Shown here: positions 16,661 through 24,170 of the stretch, piece by piece
Layout: each line of letters starts with the position of its first letter
Position numbering within the stretch: the first letter of the stretch is position 1
Source: Clostridia bacterium
Lineage (GTDB): Bacteria > Bacillota > Clostridia > Christensenellales > UBA1242
Assembly: GCA_045648025.1 (NCBI GenBank)
Contig: JAZRNH010000059.1
Coordinates: forward strand, 13,242 to 77,241
Direction of reading: 5' to 3'
DNA length: 64,000 nt
Program-made: the position numbers and the translations under genes
The notes under the pieces: model-generated
The model's input: only the letters and a program-made list of their open reading frames with translations
Databases searched by the model: none
Told to the model about the DNA's origin: nothing

Positions 16661-17062
16661 TTAAAATAACCCATACTTCTTTAAGTAATGATCCACGTAT
16701 TTGCCGTGGTCGTTTTCGAAGGTGATGGCTATGGCGATGAGGTGGCGATAAGCTACGAAGGTGTTGAATTTTATGTCGGTGATTTCTTTGAACATATCTT
16801 TTCGTTTTAGCGCGTCATAGCGCAGGTTGATTTCTTCGGGGCTAACTTTTTGATTTTTGTATAGTTTCTTTGCTTGTTTAACTATGTAATCATCATATTC
16901 AGTCTTCTCTGGAACCGATTGGTCTTTTGTAGTGTTTAGTGGTGAATTTATACTATTTTGATGTATTTCAAGAGATTCTGATGTGTTTTTGTCACAATTT
17001 TGCCCCATTTCGCAGTGTTGAGAGGCCTCCATCCCGCCATAGCGGGGCTGGTTGAACCCCAC
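16661..17062 (-). CDS. hypothetical protein in a GC-shifted patch (start uncertain)
   Basis: 133-aa ORF. The C-terminal two thirds read like coding sequence (..YDALKRKDMFKEITDIKF..ITFENDHGKYVDHYLKKYGLF). The 5' ~70 nt is GC-rich with hairpins and no clear RBS. Confidence 0.4.
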   Translation of the reverse strand: MGFNQPRYGGMEASQHCEMGQNCDKNTSESLEIHQNSINSPLNTTKDQSVPEKTEYDDYIVKQAKKLYKNQKVSPEEINLRYDALKRKDMFKEITDIKFNTFVAYRHLIAIAITFENDHGKYVDHYLKKYGLF

Positions 17063-17194
17063 AATAAAATTTCAGAGATTATGTCAATTTTTTGTTTTTT
17101 ATAAAAACAACTACAACCAATAGCTCTCAATCTTAATAATTATGCTAAATTTTTGATACAATAATATAATTAGTTCAAAAAATAAAGTTACCAT

Positions 17195-17226
17195 AAAAAG
17201 GAAGTTAAATATAACTTCCTTTTTTA
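17195..17226. terminator. bidirectional rho-independent terminator
   Basis: Stem AGGAAGTTA/TAACTTCCT with loop AATA, flanked by an A-run and a T-run. It directly abuts the stop at 17227. Confidence 0.75.
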
Positions 17227-18528
17227 TTATTTTACACTAAAATATGCTTTAATTTCTTTTTCAACTTCAACAAGACTGTCAGGTTTGAGTGTTCTGGTTA
17301 TTTTATTTTCAGTTCTAACAACATCAAGCAAATCTTTGTCTTCAAGCAAATCAATAAGCTTTGCCGCTCTTGAATAACCAACAGCAAAAACTCTTTGAAT
17401 TAAAGCCGCAGAAATAAGTCCGTCATTATGATAAACAACTCTTTCAACCTTTTCGTTTAATTCTTTCATATAATTATCCTCCTCTTTTATTTCATCAAAT
17501 TCTTCATTTTCACAACCATCTTTAATTGTTATTTTTGAAATATATGGTCCATTGATTTCAACCAAAACTTCATCTTGTTCATTTGCATATTCACGATAAG
17601 TTATAAACAGTTTATAATCGTCTTCATTTAACTTTTTCAACACATCAACAACAACCATTGCACCCTTGTCATAAATCAATTTTCTTTGATCTTCAAACTT
17701 ATTCAAAATGGCAATTTTTCCAACAATTGTTTGGTCGTGAGATTCTGAATAATACACCGCATTTTCATCAAGAATTTCTGCAAGATAAATGACATTTCCA
17801 AATTCAATTGCCATTGAAATCGCAAAGAATGCTTTTTTAGAACTCAAATTTCTCAAATCATCTTTTGTTATTGGTTTAAGCTCTAGCGGAAAAACTTCTT
17901 CAACTGAGCAGCTTTTTCCACCTTCAAAATAACAAATTCCATCGTGAATTTCGTCAACCAAATATTCTTTATCAACTTCAAAACCCTCTGTATTTTTCTC
18001 AGGATTTGAAAATCCTTTATATTTCACTTTTGTTGCAACAACATCAATAAAATCTTTTGCAGGATACTCTTTAAGCTCATCAATTTCATTTGGAATCAAA
18101 TAAACATCTCTTTCTTTGTTGTAAATTGCCCTAACCCAATAATACTCATCTTTAAAAAGCTCTTTGTTGCTCTCACCTTTATATTGCACAGTTTTCTTTC
18201 TTGGAAAAACCTCATATCTAGTTTTTCCGTAAAGTCTAAGCAAATAATCCACATAATTTATAGCCGCTGTGCTAGAAAGCCCACTTCGCATACCCTTATA
18301 GATAACATAATCTAAAAGGTCTTCAAGAAACTTAAAATATTCATCTGAGCCAATTTCAATATTTTCTTCAATTTTAACAAAAATAAAACGGCAATCATCT
18401 GCTGAAAACCCAGCATACTTAAATAATTCAATCAAAAAATGATCTTTTCTTTTGTGGATATATTCTCTAAATTCTTTCACTTCTTTTTCTGAAATAGTTT
18501 CATTTTGTTTTTCATCAATAATAGTCAT
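17227..18528 (-). CDS. hypothetical protein with C-terminal FtsK/SpoIIIE gamma-type winged-helix DNA-binding domain
   Basis: C-terminus GLISAALIQRVFAVGYSRAAKLIDLLEDKDLL fits the gamma-domain consensus (S..lQR...iGY.RAA.lid.LE). The N-terminal ~350 aa is unrecognised. RBS AAGGAGAA. Confidence 0.7.
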   Translation of the reverse strand: MTIIDEKQNETISEKEVKEFREYIHKRKDHFLIELFKYAGFSADDCRFIFVKIEENIEIGSDEYFKFLEDLLDYVIYKGMRSGLSSTAAINYVDYLLRLYGKTRYEVFPRKKTVQYKGESNKELFKDEYYWVRAIYNKERDVYLIPNEIDELKEYPAKDFIDVVATKVKYKGFSNPEKNTEGFEVDKEYLVDEIHDGICYFEGGKSCSVEEVFPLELKPITKDDLRNLSSKKAFFAISMAIEFGNVIYLAEILDENAVYYSESHDQTIVGKIAILNKFEDQRKLIYDKGAMVVVDVLKKLNEDDYKLFITYREYANEQDEVLVEINGPYISKITIKDGCENEEFDEIKEEDNYMKELNEKVERVVYHNDGLISAALIQRVFAVGYSRAAKLIDLLEDKDLLDVVRTENKITRTLKPDSLVEVEKEIKAYFSVK

Positions 18529-18542
18529 AACAATATTCTCCT

Positions 18543-19439
18543 TTAGTTTTCAAATTTGTCTTTATATTTTTTAAAAAATTCATAATATATTTTTGGATTT
18601 TCAAGTTCCCACCAATTTTTTATATCAACAGGATTCGCATCAAGGTCATAAATTTTTGCAGAGTCAATACCAAGCAAAAATGGAGAGTGTGTAGCAATAA
18701 TAAATTGACAACCGCAATATCTTGAAAGTTCTTCAATAAGTTGCATTAACTCAATTTGTTTTTTGGGCGATAAACTATTTTCTGGCTCATCTAAAAGATA
18801 TAATTTGTCATTTTCAAGATGAACAATAAAATATCTTAATGCCGTTTCACCATTGCTGTCTAGTTTAAGTTCTTCACCAGCTGTTAGCCGTTTAAATTTT
18901 CTAGCAGTCATTTTCTTTTTATTTGCAAGAACCCTAAGCCTTAAATCATCATAATCAATCATTCCCTTAACTTTAACGGTTTCGTAATATCTTTTTTGAT
19001 AGAAGTCTTTTTCTGCAATTTCTCTTGATTCTGTGATGTTTTGATTATTTTCTCTGATGTTTAACATATATTCAAAAATATCATCGCTACAAATTATCTT
19101 GCTTCCATTAGGAATTCTAAGTTCTTCACCATAATCACCATAACCCATTTTGGCTTTGCACAACTTGGCAAATTCATCAAAATTTTCATTTGAATTAAAT
19201 GGCGAAGTTCTAATCAAATTTAAGTTTTCGGCAATCAAATTTAAAAGTGTGGTTTTTCCTGAACCATTGCCACCATAAAAAATGGTAATTTTGTCAAAAT
19301 CAACTTCTTTCAAATTTTTTGCAGGAAATATATCTGCCGGATAGTTTCCTCCAATATATCTGCCATTTCTATCAAATATATTGCTGTCAACATATTCTTT
19401 GTTTTGATATATAACAAACTTATCAAGCCAAATAGTCAT
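18543..19439 (-). CDS. ABC-type (AAA_21-like) ATPase, no transmembrane or nuclease domain
   Basis: Walker A GGNGSGKTT, signature-like DSNGETAL, Walker B LYLLDEPENSLSP, H-loop ATHSP. RBS AGGAGG. Confidence 0.8.
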   Translation of the reverse strand: MTIWLDKFVIYQNKEYVDSNIFDRNGRYIGGNYPADIFPAKNLKEVDFDKITIFYGGNGSGKTTLLNLIAENLNLIRTSPFNSNENFDEFAKLCKAKMGYGDYGEELRIPNGSKIICSDDIFEYMLNIRENNQNITESREIAEKDFYQKRYYETVKVKGMIDYDDLRLRVLANKKKMTARKFKRLTAGEELKLDSNGETALRYFIVHLENDKLYLLDEPENSLSPKKQIELMQLIEELSRYCGCQFIIATHSPFLLGIDSAKIYDLDANPVDIKNWWELENPKIYYEFFKKYKDKFEN

Positions 19440-19459
19440 ATTTGCCTCCTAAACATTTT

Positions 19460-19570
19460 TTATTTCTTTTTCTTTTTATCATTTTTTGAAAGTGATTCAA
19501 ATTCAGCTTCTGCAATAGGAGTTTCTTCACTAATAACACCCCAACCCATAATTAAATCAATAATACCCAT
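19460..19570 (-). CDS. unannotated 36-aa micro-ORF (MGIIDLIMGWGVISEETPIAEAEFESLSKNDKKKKK)
   Basis: It is below the ORF-track length cut-off. An ATG at 19570 is preceded by AAGGAGG with an 8-nt spacer. The TAA stop lies 20 nt upstream of the ATPase start. Confidence 0.45.
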   Translation of the reverse strand: MGIIDLIMGWGVISEETPIAEAEFESLSKNDKKKKK

Positions 19571-19757
19571 AATCATTTCCTCCTTAAATTAATGACCAAT
19601 AATAAAGTTCATCGTAGAATAAATTAGAAATATAACAACAATAATTGCCATACACATCTCTTCTTTACACCTATATCATATCAAACATTAAGTCCAAAAA
19701 AACGGATTTAAAAATTGAATTTTGATATTTTTTAACAAATTTAAAAATTTTTAGCAT

Positions 19758-19790
19758 AAAAAAAGAAAGGTTATTTCACCTTTCTTTTTG
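19758..19790 (-). terminator. rho-independent terminator after the 575-aa gene
   Basis: Stem AGAAAGGT/ACCTTTCT with loop TATTTC, flanked by A/T runs. Confidence 0.7.
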
Positions 19791-19797
19791 ATTGTTT

Positions 19798-21525
19798 TTA
19801 ACTCATTTGTTCGCCATTTAATTTTCTTTTGGCAAAATATTCTTCAATACTTTTGCACTCTTTCATATTTTCAAGAATCTGTCTTCGAAGTTCTGCTTTA
19901 TATGCTTCTGTTTCTTGTTGGTTTTGAATTTTGCCTTCTGCAACAGCTTTGATAACCCTATTCATAACACCAATCGATTTAAACAATCTATTGGTTGACA
20001 CAAAACATTCTGCCATATCAACCATTTGTGGCTCAACTTTAATTTGACTGCCATCTGGTTGCAAAAAGTAAACCGAGTTAGACATATATTCTCCTCTGTT
20101 AAAGCATGACGAATATGGTTTCAATCTAACCTTTATGCCTTTGTTTCTGTCATAAAGTTTAGCTTTTTCTTGTGTGTCAAAAAACTTAATATATTCCATT
20201 ATTGTTTTAATAAAGGCATCTGAAAAATCAACTGACTTGCCATCTTTTGCTCTTTCAAAAAGCTCTTCACCAACCAAAAATTCAATTTCTTTGTAAGTAA
20301 GTCTGTTTTTAAGAGCTGATTCATCGGTTGAAAATTCTTCATAAGAATTGAGTCTTTGATAAAAATAATCAACCATCTTTTTAACAAAAATAATATCAAT
20401 TCCCGGTTTATCAAAAGTTGATTTTGCAATTCTTGTCATCTTTGAAAAATCGCGAAGTGAAGAACTTTCTTCAATAACCTCTTCTGGTGAAACCTTTCCT
20501 GTAACAACCCCAGCAACTCCATTTCTTGATTCAGCAACAAAAGCTCTGCTGCTTGTTTCTGAGTTCTTTTCATAAAACTCTGCAAATTCTGGGTCTAAGT
20601 AAGCCACTTTTTTGAGCATATCTCTAAACCCGTCAACCGAATCAATTTTATATTGTTTGCAAAATGCATAAGCAGACATTTCAGACTGTCTAAAAATCTC
20701 TGCAATTTGAATATAATCTTCTGGATAAAAAATTGGAAAACCATCTTCAAGTTTAAAGAATTGAAGCAATCCACCGTTTTCATCATACCAAGAAGCCATT
20801 CGCTCATCTCTTTTTTGCTTCCAAAACTCAGAAAGTCTTTTGTTTGCTTCAATCTTGTTTTCTGCAAATTTTCTTGTGTTTTCAATATATTCTTTAACAA
20901 CTGGCGGAAGCTTTTCAATATCACCCAAACTTTTATATCTTTCAACAACCTCTGCTCTGCCCACTTTTTGATTTGCAACTTTTTTAAACATTTCAGGATT
21001 ATTTTCAGCAAACCAATCAAGCAATTCCCACTTATTGTCATCATTGATATAATATCCAACAAGTTGAATATGTTCCAAAATCTTCCACATCATTTTTGGA
21101 TTATCAAGAACCTCTTTTGTGAGCGGAGAAAGTTTTTCAAACTCTGCTTCATAGCCTTTAAAATCTTTTTTAGTTATATGTTTGTAAGGAAGAAGCATTC
21201 TAATACAAGGCTCTGCTGCTTGAATATCAGTGATAAAGCATTTCATAATAACTGCTTTTTTCTCTTTGATAAACTCTTCTCTTTGTTCCATACTATGAGA
21301 CTTAAAACATTTTGAAAAAGTTTCTTCAATGTTGGCAGATATATAATTGATAACTTCGTTTCCAAAATACAAAATTTGTTCACTTGAAAGATATTTCAAA
21401 TATAGCCATTCAAACTTTGAATTTAACAATCTTTCAAATTCTACCATTCTTCCGTCATCATAAAGTTTTTTAAGTTCCTTAAAAAATTCATTAAAAAGAA
21501 CTTTTCTTCTTGTTGTTTCACCCAT
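19798..21525 (-). CDS. hypothetical protein (575 aa), no recognisable domain
   Basis: Long uninterrupted ORF with normal amino-acid composition. It starts 3 nt after the stop of the 52-aa ORF. Confidence 0.7.
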   Translation of the reverse strand: MGETTRRKVLFNEFFKELKKLYDDGRMVEFERLLNSKFEWLYLKYLSSEQILYFGNEVINYISANIEETFSKCFKSHSMEQREEFIKEKKAVIMKCFITDIQAAEPCIRMLLPYKHITKKDFKGYEAEFEKLSPLTKEVLDNPKMMWKILEHIQLVGYYINDDNKWELLDWFAENNPEMFKKVANQKVGRAEVVERYKSLGDIEKLPPVVKEYIENTRKFAENKIEANKRLSEFWKQKRDERMASWYDENGGLLQFFKLEDGFPIFYPEDYIQIAEIFRQSEMSAYAFCKQYKIDSVDGFRDMLKKVAYLDPEFAEFYEKNSETSSRAFVAESRNGVAGVVTGKVSPEEVIEESSSLRDFSKMTRIAKSTFDKPGIDIIFVKKMVDYFYQRLNSYEEFSTDESALKNRLTYKEIEFLVGEELFERAKDGKSVDFSDAFIKTIMEYIKFFDTQEKAKLYDRNKGIKVRLKPYSSCFNRGEYMSNSVYFLQPDGSQIKVEPQMVDMAECFVSTNRLFKSIGVMNRVIKAVAEGKIQNQQETEAYKAELRRQILENMKECKSIEEYFAKRKLNGEQMS

Positions 21526-21528
21526 AAT

Positions 21529-21687
21529 TTATTCCTCATTTTCATCAAGCAAAAACTTCTTTTTGCGGTCTAAATATTCGTTCAATAATTCTAACTCTTC
21601 AACAGTGAGTTCAATAAGCAAATCATTTTGTTCATCAATAAGTTTAATAAGTTTTTCAATATCTTTATCTTCTTTAAATTTTGCCAT
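21529..21687 (-). CDS. unannotated 52-aa acidic helical ORF (MAKFKEDKDIEKLIKLIDEQNDLLIELTVEELELLNEYLDRKKKFLLDENEE)
   Basis: It is below the ORF-track cut-off. RBS GGTGGTGAG lies 4 nt before the ATG at 21687, and a promoter lies directly upstream. Confidence 0.55.
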   Translation of the reverse strand: MAKFKEDKDIEKLIKLIDEQNDLLIELTVEELELLNEYLDRKKKFLLDENEE

Positions 21688-21707
21688 TTATCTCACCACC
21701 TTGCATT

Positions 21708-21736
21708 ATTATAATATATTTTACTACCAAATTCAA
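21708..21736 (-). promoter_or_regulatory. sigma-A type promoter of the 52-aa/575-aa pair
   Basis: Minus strand: TTGAAT (21731-21736), 17 bp, TATAAT (21708-21713). Confidence 0.55.
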
Positions 21737-21741
21737 TAGTC

Positions 21742-21769
21742 AAAAAAAATTGTGCCACAAAGCACAATT
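21742..21769 (-). terminator. rho-independent terminator after the SAM-MTase gene
   Basis: Stem AATTGTGC/GCACAATT, followed by a T-run on the minus strand. It abuts the stop at 21770. Confidence 0.7.
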
Positions 21770-22543
21770 TTAGTTCTTTTTTAAAATATCTAAGATATGC
21801 GAACTTGCTCCAATAAGTTCTTGTCTTTCAGCAATTGATAATTGATACTTTTTATAAAATTCAAAATCTTCTTCTGAAAGTTTGTTTATCACCGGTCTAA
21901 TATAATCAGTTGCACCATCAACCCCAACAATTTTATATCTTGCAAGACCAGCTTCGTCTTTAAGTTTGTTAATTTCTTCAATTCTCACATAACTATACAA
22001 ATCTTTTTCGGTGGTGACGGTTTGAAAGTTTTCGTCAATCTTTCCCTCTTTCAAACACTCTTGCAAATGTCCTTGTTTGAAAGCATAGGTAATCATTGCA
22101 TATTCGTTCATCAAATACATAATGAGAATATATCCACCTTTCTTCACAACTCTCTTTGCTTCATTAATTGCTTGAAGTTTTTCTTCGTGACTAATCAAGT
22201 GATAAGTTGGACCAAAAAGCAAAACAATATCAAATGAATTGTCTTTAAACTTTTTCAAATTTGTTGCAGTTCCTTGCTTTGCAACAACTTTGTCAGACTT
22301 CATTTTTATTTGACTAACATTTTTTTGCACCAATTCAACTGCGGTCACATTATGCCCTTTTTCAGCAAGTAAAACCGAATATCTACCCGTTCCAGCACCA
22401 ACATCAATAATGTCAAGATTTTCTCTGCCATCAATCACTTGATCAATATAGTGATTTGCAACAAAAAATTCAACCTGACCGTGTCTTCTAAGCAACCTTT
22501 TATCTTCATTAAATTTGTTATAATATTTTTCTAATTCGTTCAT
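21770..22543 (-). CDS. class I SAM-dependent methyltransferase (small-molecule type)
   Basis: Motif I IIDVGAGTGRYSVLLAEKGHNVTAVE. The ATG at 22543 has AGGAA upstream; the ORF-track start at 22561 is a GTG. Confidence 0.75.
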   Translation of the reverse strand: MNELEKYYNKFNEDKRLLRRHGQVEFFVANHYIDQVIDGRENLDIIDVGAGTGRYSVLLAEKGHNVTAVELVQKNVSQIKMKSDKVVAKQGTATNLKKFKDNSFDIVLLFGPTYHLISHEEKLQAINEAKRVVKKGGYILIMYLMNEYAMITYAFKQGHLQECLKEGKIDENFQTVTTEKDLYSYVRIEEINKLKDEAGLARYKIVGVDGATDYIRPVINKLSEEDFEFYKKYQLSIAERQELIGASSHILDILKKN

Positions 22544-22624
22544 AATAAAATTCCTGCACACATAATATCACTTTAATAAAAAAATGTAAAGACAATAAAA
22601 AAAGACAAGCGATATCACTTGTCT

Positions 22625-23398
22625 TTATGAATCTCTTTGCATATCAATATGGTCACTAAGTTTATACTCATATTCAAAAAACAAACCATATTGTGTTTTT
22701 GTATCAACTCTTTGAACGATTCCTTCCTTCATAAGTTGCCAAAGCCTAACAACAACTTGGTCAAATGTTACAACCAACCTTCCGTGTTTCAAGAAAATAT
22801 CCGAAATAATTTGTCTGCAAGGCTTTGGCTTTTCAGACATAAATTCAAAAATATACTTGTCAAAATAATCATCTTTAACAGCAACAACTCTCTTGTTTAA
22901 TACAGTTTTAAATAACATTTTTGAATTTTTTAATAACATATATAATTCATCTTCTAAATATTCAACAAAATCTTCATTTAACGGTTTTTCATTTTTTGCA
23001 AATTCATAAACATATTTTGGTTGAATGCTATGGAACTTTGTTGAATCATATTCAATATAAGACTTGTTTTTAAAACTATTAAAATATCTTAAAAAGAAAC
23101 TCATATTCATATGTTGTTTAACATCATTAAAATCAATCCAAAAACAAAGTTCTTCATCTCTGTTTAGTGACAAAATTTCACCAACGGTTGAGTGTGCTTG
23201 AAGAAAATAAAGTGTGTAAGCATTTTTTCCTGCAACCACTTCATAGATTTCATTGTTAATTGCAGAGTTTTTTGACATAAAAATATCGCCAACTTCCAAG
23301 ATTAATTGAAGTGAAACAATCTTGCTCACAGAGGCTGTTTTCGGCTTATTTTCTTTAAGTGCATTACATAGCCCATTATCAAAAGTGATATAAACCAT
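22625..23398 (-). CDS. hypothetical protein (possibly DUF1835/DUF3658-like)
   Basis: 257-aa ORF with strong RBS AAGGAGG. The family guess rests only on general resemblance. Confidence 0.55.
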   Translation of the reverse strand: MVYITFDNGLCNALKENKPKTASVSKIVSLQLILEVGDIFMSKNSAINNEIYEVVAGKNAYTLYFLQAHSTVGEILSLNRDEELCFWIDFNDVKQHMNMSFFLRYFNSFKNKSYIEYDSTKFHSIQPKYVYEFAKNEKPLNEDFVEYLEDELYMLLKNSKMLFKTVLNKRVVAVKDDYFDKYIFEFMSEKPKPCRQIISDIFLKHGRLVVTFDQVVVRLWQLMKEGIVQRVDTKTQYGLFFEYEYKLSDHIDMQRDS

Positions 23399-23459
23399 AA
23401 TAACCTCCTTTTTTCTTCTAATTCAATAATATCACAATCAAAAATTATTCGTCAAATTA

Positions 23460-23488
23460 TTGCTATCAAAAAATAAATGTGTTATAAT
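23460..23488 (+). promoter_or_regulatory. sigma-A promoter with extended -10
   Basis: TTGCTA (23460-23465), 17 bp, TGTTATAAT (TATAAT at 23483-23488). Confidence 0.5.
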
Positions 23489-23524
23489 TTCGCTGTTTAT
23501 AACAGATAAACAAATGAGGTTTTT

Positions 23525-24037
23525 ATGAATAAAATTACTGTTATTGGCTGCCCAGGAAGCGGAAAATCAACACTAACTTTTAAGCTAGAAAAACTGCTTG
23601 GTTTCAACACTCTTCACTTAGACAAAATTTATCATATTGATAATGACAAACACATTTCAAGAGAAGAACTTGTTGAAAAAGTAAACAAATTTGCAAATGC
23701 AAACCCACAATGGATTATTGACGGAAACTATATTTCAACCGTTGAGCAAAGAATAAAACTTGCCGACACTGTTATACTTCTTGATATTGACACAGAAACT
23801 TGCATAAACAATGCAATAAGTAGGTCAAAGAAAGAAAAAACTGCAGATATGGCAGACGGCTTTGATAATTCAAAATTAAATAATGATTTTTTAAGTTTTA
23901 TCACAAAATTCAAAGAAGATAGCCTTCCAAAAATTTTGGAACTCTTTGAAAAATATAAAGCAGAAAAAAATATTATCATTTTAAAAAGCTATGAAGAAAT
24001 TGATAATTTTTTAAATGATTTGCAATCAAAAAAATAA
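23525..24037 (+). CDS. P-loop kinase-fold protein (adenylate-kinase / topology-modulation FlaR-like)
   Basis: ITVIGCPGSGKSTL Walker A at the N-terminus. About 170 aa. Confidence 0.6.
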   Translation: MNKITVIGCPGSGKSTLTFKLEKLLGFNTLHLDKIYHIDNDKHISREELVEKVNKFANANPQWIIDGNYISTVEQRIKLADTVILLDIDTETCINNAISRSKKEKTADMADGFDNSKLNNDFLSFITKFKEDSLPKILELFEKYKAEKNIIILKSYEEIDNFLNDLQSKK

Positions 24038-24055
24038 GGGCTTTCGCCCTTACCT

Positions 24056-24130
24056 GTTCCCTTAGTTAAATGGATATAACGGGGCCCTCCTAAGGCTCAG
24101 TTACAGGTTCGATTCCTGTAGGGAACACCA
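24056..24130 (+). tRNA. tRNA-Arg (anticodon CCU), CCA encoded
   Basis: Acceptor GTTCCCT/AGGGAAC. Anticodon arm GGGCC-CTCCTAA-GGCTC (anticodon CCT). T-arm ACAGG-TTCGATT-CCTGT. Discriminator A plus CCA. Confidence 0.9.
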
Positions 24131-24132
24131 AC

Positions 24133-24170
24133 AAAAAAAGTCACTTGAAATTCAAGTGACTTTTTATTTT
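24133..24170. terminator. bidirectional rho-independent terminator
   Basis: A7, palindrome GTCACTTGAA-A-TTCAAGTGAC, then TTTTTATTTT. Confidence 0.8.

Noticed and set aside
16948-17130. 60-aa minus-strand ORF overlapping the 5' end of the 133-aa ORF
   Set aside because: It is an alternative frame of the same GC-rich patch, with no RBS and a composition-driven sequence.
19404-19592. Plus-strand 62-aa ORF in the track
   Set aside because: It has no RBS and overlaps the ATPase start. The minus strand carries a 36-aa ORF with a near-perfect RBS, which explains the open frame better.
20199-21315. ORFs 20199..20429, 20595..21062 and 20653..21315 overlapping the 575-aa gene
   Set aside because: They are alternative-frame or antisense shadows inside a long, well-behaved ORF, with skewed Lys/Leu/Phe composition.
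17227-21687. Considered a prophage or conjugative-element remnant because of the FtsK-like domain
   Set aside because: Only the ~60-aa gamma wHTH is present, with no translocase motor. No capsid, terminase, portal, relaxase, T4SS or integrase genes are visible.
24036-24051. Hairpin AAGGGC-TTTC-GCCCTT after the FlaR-like gene, considered as a terminator
   Set aside because: No T-tract follows; the tRNA-Arg starts 5 nt later. Co-transcription with the tRNA is more likely, or this is only a processing hairpin.
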